Of a DNA stretch of 64,000 nucleotides, positions 25,422-33,811 are shown one piece after another. The stretch is from Pseudobdellovibrionaceae bacterium (GTDB lineage Bacteria; Bdellovibrionota; Bdellovibrionia; Bdellovibrionales; Bdellovibrionaceae), in assembly GCA_043757515.1 (NCBI GenBank), contig JAYVPD010000012.1:1658-65657 (forward strand), in the 5' to 3' direction. The number at the start of each line of letters is the position of its first letter. Position 1 is the stretch's first letter. The notes under the pieces were generated by a model, which was not told the DNA's origin, ran no database searches, and saw nothing but the letters and a program-made list of their open reading frames with translations. The position numbers were made by a program, and so were the translations under genes.

Positions 25422-28038
25422 ACAGTTAGGTTTTTCATTGTTAGAGGTTCTAATTGCTATTGGACTTATGTCTTTGGTGGCCGTGTCTACAGCTACTTTG
25501 ATTGGTGAGCAAAACAAACAAATCAAATTAATGTCGCAAAAAATAGTTTTAAACGATACTAAAAATGCGTTTCTTGCAACTATGCAGGACACGGTATCGT
25601 GCCAGAAAAACTTGGATTCATCAGTCGATGCGTCGCTAGTTTTTAATTCAACTTTGGTTGGAAATAAATCGATGGCCCTAGCGCGTATACGAATTGGCCA
25701 CTTGGTAACCTCACCGATTTTGTTGGATACTGCTTTAGAAGTAAGTCCTGGGTCTCGACTATTTGTAAATAGCATTACCTTAGATAACCTAACCGATGTC
25801 GGTGGCGGAAAATGGTCGGGTGTTTGGAAAGTTGATTTTAGGAATGATTTTTCTTCATTTCAATTTAAGGCAATGGTTTTAAATCCGCAGTTATTTGATG
25901 TTGATATTACAACTCCGACCGCAGCGAAAATTACAAATTGTAGTTCGGTAGTGGCCGGTGGATCTGGTCAATGGGCCTCGTTGAATGCGGTCGATATATA
26001 TTATTCAGGTGGTATGGTCGGAATCGGCACGACGGCGCCGACGTCTCAACTTGAAATCACAGAAAATTTTAAACTTCCTGTGACTACGGGCGTGGCTGGA
26101 CAGATATTACAAGGGTCCAATCGTATCTTTCATACATTTGGAACCAATAGTCTATTTTTGGGACCTGATTCTGGTAACTTGGCACTGACGGGGGCAAATA
26201 ACCTTGGTGTTGGATTTCAAGCAGGTCGAGCATTGACGACTGGTTCGCAAAACACATTTGTCGGTGATCGCGCTGGTATGAGCAATACGACCGGGACATG
26301 GAATACCTACTTTGGTCAGTCGGCAGGACTATTAAATACGACGGGGAGTTCAAATTCATTTTTTGGAAGGAATGTCGCTGAAAATGGTACAACGGGCGCC
26401 GGTAACACAGCGGTAGGGTATCAGGCCGCTCGAACGCTGACTGTCGGAAATAATAATACATATATTGGAAATGCGGCTGGATTCACCGACGGAACCGTAT
26501 CAACGCCTGTTAATTTAGTAAACTCGGCAGCTATCGGATTTAACGCGCAGGTAACGGTCAGCAATGCTATGGTCTTAGGTGGTACCGGTGCTTCAGCAGT
26601 CAACGTCGGAATTGGGACAACGGCGCCTACTGAGCAATTGGAAATAACTGGAAATTTTAATTTGCCAAGCTCCACTGCTACTTCTGGGATAATTAAACAA
26701 GCGAATAGTTCTTTTATTCACAATGTAGGAACTCAGAGTTTTTTTGCAGGATCTTTAGCCGGCACCCTTTCCAATACAGGCTCCTTCAATACAGGTGTTG
26801 GCTACACAGCAATGAAAAGTGTGACAACTGGGACTATTAACACGGCGATCGGGCATCGCACAGCGGAGAGTCTTACAACGGGTAGTTACAATACCGCCTT
26901 GGGAGCCGGTGCTATGGCTAAGCAGACTAGCCCAAATGATAACACGGCTGTGGGTTCAAATTCTTTGGGAAATAATATCGTCGGCGTCGGGAATGCCTAC
27001 ATTGGAGATTCTAGTGGTCGACGTACCGAAGGTAACTACAACTCAGGCATTGGCCAACAAGTCATGTACACCCTGGTCGGCGGAAGTTTCAATTCTGGAA
27101 TAGGAAACAACGCCGGAACTGCAAATGTAGGCGGCAGTAATAATACATTTCTAGGAACAAATGCGAACACGACGACTGACGGTTTTAATTTTGCGACGGC
27201 TGTGGGTGCTGGGGCACTGGTTGGCGCTTCAAATTCACTTGTGCTTGGGGCGCCGGGCACGAATGTCGGAATTGGAGTCAGCGTCCCAGTAAGAACTTTA
27301 GATGTGCAGGCAACTAATGCTAGGATAATGGCCACTTCAACAACAAATAGCAATGCAGCCGCTGTGCGGGCATTTAATGGAATTAATGAAATTACATTAG
27401 GAGTTGAATCAAGTGTGGGGGGAGCCCTGATGACCGGGACTCTCCCCTATGCAGCATTACTCTCTTCTGACTTTAGCTGGCCATTGCAATTCGCAGTGTT
27501 TGGTGGCGTAAAAATGACAATTCTCACTGATGGTAGTGTTGGGATTGGAACAGCGGCACCTACGCAAAAACTAGAGGTAAATGGTACCATCAAAACTGTT
27601 GATTTAATTTATTCATCGGATCGTCGCGCCAAACACAATATCATGTCTTTGTCTCCGGAAGAAAGTCTGGAAAAAATCTGTGCGATTAGGCCAGTTGCCT
27701 TTGATTGGAATTATTCTGATCGTCACGATCAGGGTGTGATTGCACAAGAACTTCAATCTGTATTTCCTGACTTTGTTGTGCGAGGCTCAGATGGCAATTA
27801 TTCAGTGAAATACAATTCTCTGCTGGCTCCTTTGATTTCGGCAGTTCAATTTTTGAATACGCGACTATCTCGCATAGAAACCAGTACTAAAATTCTTGAA
27901 GAAAAAATAGCACGGCTTGAAATTGAAAATAAAATGCTTTTATTAAAACAGTATGATCTTGAAGCTAGGCAATCTAAACTAGAAGTAAAAATTGAAAAAT
28001 TATTGACTGAAAATAAACCTAAACAGGCTGCTAGGTGA
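25411..28038 (+). CDS. chimeric fibre: type IV prepilin leader + pilin-like head + tail-fibre-like repeats + peptidase S74 intramolecular chaperone domain + coiled coil
   Basis: 875 aa. MKNRQLG/FSLLEVLIAIGLMSLVAV has Gly-1, Phe+1 and Glu+5. Cys64...Cys177 form a possible pair. Four G(I/V)GT.AP...LE(I/V).G motifs. YSSDRRAKHNI...GVIAQELQSVFPDFV...YSVKYNSLLAPLISAVQ matches the S74 domain. The C-terminus shows a heptad pattern. GAAGGA RBS. Confidence 0.8.
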   Translation: MKNRQLGFSLLEVLIAIGLMSLVAVSTATLIGEQNKQIKLMSQKIVLNDTKNAFLATMQDTVSCQKNLDSSVDASLVFNSTLVGNKSMALARIRIGHLVTSPILLDTALEVSPGSRLFVNSITLDNLTDVGGGKWSGVWKVDFRNDFSSFQFKAMVLNPQLFDVDITTPTAAKITNCSSVVAGGSGQWASLNAVDIYYSGGMVGIGTTAPTSQLEITENFKLPVTTGVAGQILQGSNRIFHTFGTNSLFLGPDSGNLALTGANNLGVGFQAGRALTTGSQNTFVGDRAGMSNTTGTWNTYFGQSAGLLNTTGSSNSFFGRNVAENGTTGAGNTAVGYQAARTLTVGNNNTYIGNAAGFTDGTVSTPVNLVNSAAIGFNAQVTVSNAMVLGGTGASAVNVGIGTTAPTEQLEITGNFNLPSSTATSGIIKQANSSFIHNVGTQSFFAGSLAGTLSNTGSFNTGVGYTAMKSVTTGTINTAIGHRTAESLTTGSYNTALGAGAMAKQTSPNDNTAVGSNSLGNNIVGVGNAYIGDSSGRRTEGNYNSGIGQQVMYTLVGGSFNSGIGNNAGTANVGGSNNTFLGTNANTTTDGFNFATAVGAGALVGASNSLVLGAPGTNVGIGVSVPVRTLDVQATNARIMATSTTNSNAAAVRAFNGINEITLGVESSVGGALMTGTLPYAALLSSDFSWPLQFAVFGGVKMTILTDGSVGIGTAAPTQKLEVNGTIKTVDLIYSSDRRAKHNIMSLSPEESLEKICAIRPVAFDWNYSDRHDQGVIAQELQSVFPDFVVRGSDGNYSVKYNSLLAPLISAVQFLNTRLSRIETSTKILEEKIARLEIENKMLLLKQYDLEARQSKLEVKIEKLLTENKPKQAAR

Positions 28039-28604
28039 TGATCCGCAAATCCATTAAATTTATAATGTTAGCTCTTTTTACGACCATGATCTATTCACTT
28101 CCAGGTTTGTCTGCTGGGTGCATCGCTGCGGATAGTGGAAAAACCCATTTGAATGCGGGTTTTTTAGAATTTTGTGATGGCTCTAATTGGCTTCCTATGG
28201 GGAAACCTTTATCCGGTCAAAACTGTCCGACTCCGGGATTGCAGAAAATGTTCGCAACCGCTATGAAATTTTGTTCCCCCTTAATCTGGTATGATCTATC
28301 ATGCAACGTGACGGCATCCCCCTGTCTTGCAAGTGCCACAGGGACACAAAGATTCTCAGGCGGAATGATGCAATATTGTAACGGTAGTAATTGGATTGAT
28401 ATGACTGGAGGCAGCTGCACAGTTGCCGTTGGTTATTGCCCTTCGTTTTTTGACATGGCCAGTTGCACATCAGGCACACACCCATGCATTTGGACTGGGG
28501 TGGTCTGCAATCCGGATTGTTCCTACGGAACACCTGCCCAGTGTGCAACACATCCGGATTGTTCTTGGGTGCCAATGTCTGGTGGTTGTTTGCCAATCTA
28601 CTAA
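28035..28604 (+). CDS. Cys-rich secreted protein (16 Cys in 189 aa)
   Basis: Signal peptide (ALFTTMIYSLPGLSAGC). Repeated (F/Y)C(D/N)GSNW(L/I).M.G motif (LEFCDGSNWLPMG, MQYCNGSNWIDMTG). The start (GTGATG) overlaps the fibre stop. Confidence 0.6.
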   Translation: MMIRKSIKFIMLALFTTMIYSLPGLSAGCIAADSGKTHLNAGFLEFCDGSNWLPMGKPLSGQNCPTPGLQKMFATAMKFCSPLIWYDLSCNVTASPCLASATGTQRFSGGMMQYCNGSNWIDMTGGSCTVAVGYCPSFFDMASCTSGTHPCIWTGVVCNPDCSYGTPAQCATHPDCSWVPMSGGCLPIY

Positions 28605-28665
28605 GGATTGTGGCGTCTAAGTTAATCCTCTATGAGGCAGCCATATCAGACTGATACGGTTCAAT

Positions 28666-28703
28666 TAGATAATGTTCAAGTAGATAATGTTCAAGTAGAT
28701 AAA
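28666..28703. repeat. 15-bp direct tandem repeat, 2.5 copies
   Basis: TAGATAATGTTCAAG at 28666-28680 and at 28681-28695, then TAGATAAA. It lies ~55 bp upstream of the ATG at 28757. Confidence 0.7.
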
Positions 28704-28756
28704 TAATGTTTTGTAATTTTAAAGCCACTCGATTGTATATCAAGCATGGGGGTCCT

Positions 28757-30163
28757 ATGTTTAAATCGATTTTTTCAGCGTTTGTTTTTTTTCTGTTAAT
28801 AACTCAGGCGGCTTTTGCAGATGATTACGTCCAAAAAATAGGGGATCAATTCGTACAGAATTTGCCCGGTGATTGGAACGCTTCGGTCGGTACGTGGACC
28901 TATTTTGACATTATAAAATGCTTCACAACTCCGGGTGCGTCTTGTTTTGGAAATAATCCATCAAGCCCCTATGGACAGCCAAACTTTCTTGATCCTGATA
29001 CCCAACAAATGAGTAACGTATTTCAAATGAATTATGATGAGGCAGTCGTTTTAATCTTTCGTACACCTCCTCAAATGCGATACTATTCATTTGTCCAATA
29101 TCTGTTTTCAGAACCTGGATCTACGTCGCCTGTTTTTGCAAGTCTAAGTGATGCCCTTAACATGAAAAAACTTGGAACCTCAGGATCAAACCAAATTGGT
29201 GGAAGCCCCTTTGACACATACTCAGCTGTTGTTTGGACTGCCGACATTAATACCTTTAATTCAGTGCAGTCTCAATTGCTTGCACTTGGTTTACCTGACA
29301 CGGCAATTAACTTTTATCCTATGCCAAGAACACTACCATTAAATCCAGATAAGACATTGCCTATGGGCTATGGCGGCCAAGCGGACTCATTTTCAATGTT
29401 AATGCGAACAGCCTTGCCCTCAGTACCAGCTAATTTCACACAATATATGAATGAAAAGCCATTTTATGTTCTCAAAGTAGGACCATCACTGCATTTGACG
29501 CCAAGTCCAGCTCCCGTCATAGGTTACGCAAGCGAAACTTCGGGAATAGTTGAAGCCAGTGGATTGCAGTCGGCACTTAATAAACTAGTGAGTGACATCA
29601 AAAATCAGTATTCAACAAACTACGCTTTGAAAAACCAAACGGTAGACTACACGTCAAAAGTTGGCTGGGATTGTATAAAAGGTGTCTCGCAATGTGCGGG
29701 GGACAATCACGATGCATTGTATTCTCAAGATGTGGACCGCCCTGTAGTTGTTTCTTCCTTAGATGATTTGGTTATTGTTGCTGGTGTCAATCATCAAAAA
29801 ACTGGAAAGGCCACGTACCTCAATCACGCAGTCTATGACACTAAAAAAATGGCGGGCATAGTTTCCGTAGCCGACACTTATTTTACAACTGGCAGTGCGC
29901 TTTATCACGCAGGTGTTACTAACCCCAGTGATATTAGAAATCGTATGTATCAGAATCTGTATGCCTACGTAATTTCGTATAATTGCGCTGGACGACAATA
30001 CTGTCTTCAGATTCCAGCTCCGACTCCAGACAATCCAGTTGGGCTTAACCCTGGTGCCCCGTTTTTTGTAATGGGTCGAAGTTATCTAGAACCTCACACT
30101 TTGGTTCGACCGTCACCAGATGAAATTGTTCACCATCAAGTTTATGTGGCTTCTAAAAGGTAA
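28757..30163 (+). CDS. secreted hypothetical protein
   Basis: The ATG at 28757 gives MFKSIFSAFVFFLLITQAAFA-DD, a signal peptide. About 468 aa. No family was recognised. Confidence 0.6.
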   Translation: MFKSIFSAFVFFLLITQAAFADDYVQKIGDQFVQNLPGDWNASVGTWTYFDIIKCFTTPGASCFGNNPSSPYGQPNFLDPDTQQMSNVFQMNYDEAVVLIFRTPPQMRYYSFVQYLFSEPGSTSPVFASLSDALNMKKLGTSGSNQIGGSPFDTYSAVVWTADINTFNSVQSQLLALGLPDTAINFYPMPRTLPLNPDKTLPMGYGGQADSFSMLMRTALPSVPANFTQYMNEKPFYVLKVGPSLHLTPSPAPVIGYASETSGIVEASGLQSALNKLVSDIKNQYSTNYALKNQTVDYTSKVGWDCIKGVSQCAGDNHDALYSQDVDRPVVVSSLDDLVIVAGVNHQKTGKATYLNHAVYDTKKMAGIVSVADTYFTTGSALYHAGVTNPSDIRNRMYQNLYAYVISYNCAGRQYCLQIPAPTPDNPVGLNPGAPFFVMGRSYLEPHTLVRPSPDEIVHHQVYVASKR

Positions 30164-30185
30164 AACGATTTCTATTTTTTCTTAC

Positions 30186-30262
30186 AGTTTGAGCAGACAA
30201 GGTCCCGGTTAGCAAGATTTCGCCTTCTTAATAAATCGGACCTACTGCTCAAACTTTTTTTT
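30186..30262 (+). terminator. long-hairpin rho-independent terminator
   Basis: AGTTTGAGCAG (30186-30196) pairs with CTGCTCAAACT (30245-30255). An inner GGTCC/GGACC pair is present. A T-run follows at 30256-30262. Confidence 0.6.
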
Positions 30263-30358
30263 CAAAAAAGTTTTTAGGACCAAGATGAAATCTATCAATA
30301 GGCCTACAAATTTCAATTAGAGGAACTTGACGACGAATAGTGTCACGTGAAACCCGAC

Positions 30359-30397
30359 CAACTAAGATTTTAGTTGAAATCAACTAAGGACTTAGTT
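30359..30397. promoter_or_regulatory. two adjacent dyads, candidate BlaI-family operator
   Basis: CAACTAA-GATT-TTAGTTG (30359-30376) and AACTAAG-GA-CTTAGTT (30382-30397). Both share the AACTAA/TTAGTT half-site. They lie 24-60 bp upstream of the repressor start. Confidence 0.5.
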
Positions 30398-30420
30398 AGA
30401 TTGAATTTGTGAGGTTACCC

Positions 30421-30810
30421 ATGACTAAAAAACTGAAAGACGAAAAACTTTTAACTGAAACTGAACTTGAATTAATTAGTATCCTTTGGAAATTAGGTGA
30501 AGGCAGCGTTGCCGACGTCCTTGCTATGCTTTCAGAAGATCGGGACCTTGCTTACACATCTGTTTCGACAATTTTAAGAATTCTTGAACAAAAAAAAATT
30601 CTGAAAGCTCGTAAAGAAGGCCGTGGTCATGTGTATATTCCTGTTCTTAGCAAAAAAGATTATGAAGAACGCACGGTTAGGCATGTAGTAGAAAATGTAT
30701 TTGATGGAACGCCAATGGCCTTGGCAAAACAACTCCTTATAACCAATCAGCTTACTAAAGACGATCTCGCCGAATTAAAAAAAATGATCGAAAAAGCGGA
30801 GAAACTCTAA
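30421..30810 (+). CDS. BlaI/MecI/CopY family transcriptional repressor
   Basis: The ATG at 30421 follows a GAGG. Winged-helix LTETELELISILWKLGEGSVADVLAML...YTSVSTILRILEQKKIL...GRGHVYIP. Confidence 0.85.
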   Translation: MTKKLKDEKLLTETELELISILWKLGEGSVADVLAMLSEDRDLAYTSVSTILRILEQKKILKARKEGRGHVYIPVLSKKDYEERTVRHVVENVFDGTPMALAKQLLITNQLTKDDLAELKKMIEKAEKL

Positions 30811-32438
30811 TGGGTTCTAGTTTGCTAAACATTTTTGTTAATGTTCATATTCTAGTGATTCTAGCTATGACTTTAAGTTTTTTTCTGAGGCTCTGTTGTC
30901 AAAGAAAAATTTTGAATGTGTCTGCAAAAAATGAAATGACTCTTAACAATATCCTTATTTTAGGTATCTTTGTTTTACCATTGATTGCCTATTCTGGGTC
31001 TGAAAGGTTTAGTTTTCAAACTGTGACAAAAACAGTGGCAGCCTTGTCCTACAAAGAGTTTGATGCCCATCTTACAGTTCCGTTAAAAGAAAACCTTATT
31101 CTTGGCAGTGATCCGATGTCACCGGTGATACCGATGGACTATCTAAAAAATGGGATCCTATTTATTTTATTCTTAACGATTCTTATTTCAATTTTTCAAA
31201 TACTATCCGAACTAAAAATTTTTTATCGAATTGCAAAAAAATCCATTGTCGTTCGTTCAATTGGTAGCACCCGAATTGCCTTTTCAGATCAGATTCAAAT
31301 ACCCTTTTCATTTTTGTTTTTTAGAACTGCCTGGGTTATTCTGCCGACTCGGTTTTTAGGCAATAAAAGTAAAATGAGAATGTCAATTCTGCATGAGTTG
31401 CAACATCATAGACAGGCGGATACTCGTTGGATATATCTCTGGCAATTGATGAAAGCGGCAGTGGGAGTCAATCCCGCCTTGAAGATTTGGCAGGGTTTGG
31501 TTTCTGAAGTTCAAGAATTAAAAGTTGATGAAAATTTGGTCGACCAAAGAAAGGTCACTGCAGTGAATTACGCTCGCTGTTTGATCGAGGTAGCTGAAAC
31601 CGTTGTGACGGAGGAAAAACGATTTGTTTGCGCAACAAGTTTAGTTTTCTTTCCCGATCGACAACAATTAAAACGGAGGATTGAATCCATGTTAAATAGA
31701 AAAATGGGCAGCAAGGTCGCTGCATTTGTAATAGCCGGTGTGTTTGTATCATCGATGACAACATTTGCACTAGGTACCAGAAAATTGATAGGAACACGAT
31801 CGGTAACATTGGCAGAGGCTGAAGTGATGGCGGCTGTGGCTAGGAAAGACAGTCAGTTTCCAATCGTTGTGAACGAGCTAGTTTTAGTTCAGTTGAATCG
31901 ATTTCTAGGAACAAAACAAGGCCGAGATTTTATGAAAGGGTCAATAAAGCGAATGGATCAGTACCGATCCATTATCGAAACAAAAATTAAAATGTTTCCC
32001 CATAAAATGCCTTTAGAACTATTGGCAGTTCCCTTGATTGAATCGGGCTATGTGAACATGCCATCATTAAAAAACAAATACAAGGCCGCGGGACTTTGGC
32101 AATTTATTCCGGAAACAGCGCTTGTTTATGGATTGCGAGTGGATGTAAAAGCGTCTAGGCCAGATGTAAGTTCTGTCGAGGACGAACGCCTTGATGTTGC
32201 GCTTTCAACCGATGCGGCACTTAATTATATTTGGTCCAATCAGCTTAGGTTTCATGATTGGCTCCTAGCGATGGCTGCCTACAACATGGGGGAAAATAAC
32301 CTAAAGACTGCAATTGATAAAATGGGCACGGACGATGTGTGGCAATTAGTGCGAGCCGGCTATGAAGGTGACAAAGCCTACCTTGCTAAGCTTGAAGCCG
32401 CTATTTTGATTTTAAAAAATCCGGATTCCTTGAACTAG
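30810..32438 (+). CDS. BlaR1-like M56 metallopeptidase fused to a C-terminal lytic transglycosylase (SLT/GH23) domain
   Basis: 542 aa. N-terminal TM helices. Zinc motif SILHELQHHRQAD. After a further TM helix: PLIESGYVNM, AAGLWQFIPETA and AAYNMGENN, typical of SLT. 1-nt overlap with the repressor stop (TAATG). Confidence 0.8.
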   Translation: MGSSLLNIFVNVHILVILAMTLSFFLRLCCQRKILNVSAKNEMTLNNILILGIFVLPLIAYSGSERFSFQTVTKTVAALSYKEFDAHLTVPLKENLILGSDPMSPVIPMDYLKNGILFILFLTILISIFQILSELKIFYRIAKKSIVVRSIGSTRIAFSDQIQIPFSFLFFRTAWVILPTRFLGNKSKMRMSILHELQHHRQADTRWIYLWQLMKAAVGVNPALKIWQGLVSEVQELKVDENLVDQRKVTAVNYARCLIEVAETVVTEEKRFVCATSLVFFPDRQQLKRRIESMLNRKMGSKVAAFVIAGVFVSSMTTFALGTRKLIGTRSVTLAEAEVMAAVARKDSQFPIVVNELVLVQLNRFLGTKQGRDFMKGSIKRMDQYRSIIETKIKMFPHKMPLELLAVPLIESGYVNMPSLKNKYKAAGLWQFIPETALVYGLRVDVKASRPDVSSVEDERLDVALSTDAALNYIWSNQLRFHDWLLAMAAYNMGENNLKTAIDKMGTDDVWQLVRAGYEGDKAYLAKLEAAILILKNPDSLN

Positions 32439-32448
32439 CTAAGAAGAG

Positions 32449-32470
32449 GGGAGCCGTAAGCTCCCTTTTT
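32449..32470 (+). terminator. rho-independent terminator
   Basis: GGGAGC-CGTAA-GCTCCC followed by TTTTT. Confidence 0.6.
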
Positions 32471-32653
32471 CTATTGATGATGAACGAAATGTCCAAGCTC
32501 GAAGTTTGTCCCAAGCTGGAATTAAAATCTCTTTGATTAGTGTCTCATTTTGATAATGATAAGTTCATTTCAATTGCAATTAATTCTGGAACCACGAACT
32601 CAAATATCGTGGTGATTCCCTATAGGAAGCCATGGAAACATCCGATTTAACTA

Positions 32654-33811
32654 GTGAAAATGGAAGCTTGGAGTATAATTTTTAGACAGCTAGTTTGCAA
32701 ATTAAAATCGTTTGGATTTTTTCTATTTTTATTTTTTTCAAGCTGCACGTTTAATGCAAATATAAAAAAAGTAGATAGTCTATTAGCCGACGAATCAAGT
32801 GCGCCTTCTGTCATTCCACCTCAATCCAATCCGGACGCACCGTCGGTCTTGTCTCTGCTAAATCCTTCGCTTTCGCCATTTAATATTTCAACCCCGACCA
32901 TTCACGTCGCTGGCGTTGTTTCGGGGCAAATTGTAAAACTTTTTTCAGACTCGAATTGTCTGACCATAAAAGCTAACGTAACTACCACGAATTATGGAGA
33001 TGGAGGTACAGCAATTATAAATCTTGTTGGGAATCCGTCTGGGCAAACAATTACCTCATCTGGATTATTGGGAACTCCCTACGGAATTGGCATAAACATT
33101 AATTCAGGTGCGAATGCTGTACTTTTTACTGGAAACACGTTTGCTCGGGCTTTGACGTTGACGTCAGGTGCTATTAATTTCGGTAATTCCATTGTAAATG
33201 TATCGAGCTCATTTGCAAAATTAGGCGGGACACTCTCGATGGGAACTTCGACTTTTAGATTTGAATGTCAAAACAACCAAAGTGGGTGCTGGGGGACTTC
33301 GGTTTCTATGAATCCCGGCAATATGGTATTCAACGATGTGTATCTTCTGGGTGGCGCGACCGCATATAATTTTGGTGGCACGACAATGACAGTATCTGGA
33401 AATCTAACAGTCGGGGATATTTATGCGAGTGCAGGCTATGACTATATAAATTCAGGTACAATTTCTGTTTCAGGAAATCTAAATATTGTTAACAATGGCA
33501 CTTCTGGAACAGGAATCATCAAACTAGCCGGGTCAACCAATCAAACAATTACAAGCGCACTTGCCGTACCAATACCTAATTTAACAATTGCCTCTACGGG
33601 CGGTACAGTCAGTGTCGCGGGTCTGGTAAAAGTTAATAGTGCTACTGTGATTACTACGGGTACCACTTCATTGTTAAATTCTTCTGCCTCCTTGACCACC
33701 GCGACCTTAAATTTAAACGGTACGACATTAACCAAAAGTGGTGGTGTTGTAACAGTCGGAGGCAGTGTGATTTCGACCGGTTCCCTTTACGGCGGGACAG
33801 TCAACCCGTAA
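32654..33811 (+). CDS. lipoprotein with Gly/Thr/Asn-rich beta-helix-like repeats
   Basis: 385 aa. Lipobox-like LFFSSC. The C-terminal two thirds are low-complexity G/T/S/N repeats (GGT..V.G.L.V...). No family was recognised. Confidence 0.5.
   Translation: MKMEAWSIIFRQLVCKLKSFGFFLFLFFSSCTFNANIKKVDSLLADESSAPSVIPPQSNPDAPSVLSLLNPSLSPFNISTPTIHVAGVVSGQIVKLFSDSNCLTIKANVTTTNYGDGGTAIINLVGNPSGQTITSSGLLGTPYGIGININSGANAVLFTGNTFARALTLTSGAINFGNSIVNVSSSFAKLGGTLSMGTSTFRFECQNNQSGCWGTSVSMNPGNMVFNDVYLLGGATAYNFGGTTMTVSGNLTVGDIYASAGYDYINSGTISVSGNLNIVNNGTSGTGIIKLAGSTNQTITSALAVPIPNLTIASTGGTVSVAGLVKVNSATVITTGTTSLLNSSASLTTATLNLNGTTLTKSGGVVTVGGSVISTGSLYGGTVNP

Noticed and set aside
25407-25775. 122-aa minus-strand ORF overlapping the fibre gene 5' end
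   Set aside because: It is antisense to the region encoding the unmistakable prepilin leader and head. No motif or RBS supports it.
28666-28703. Possible CRISPR-like repeats
   Set aside because: There are only 2.5 directly abutting 15-bp copies, no spacers and no cas genes. It is a simple tandem repeat.
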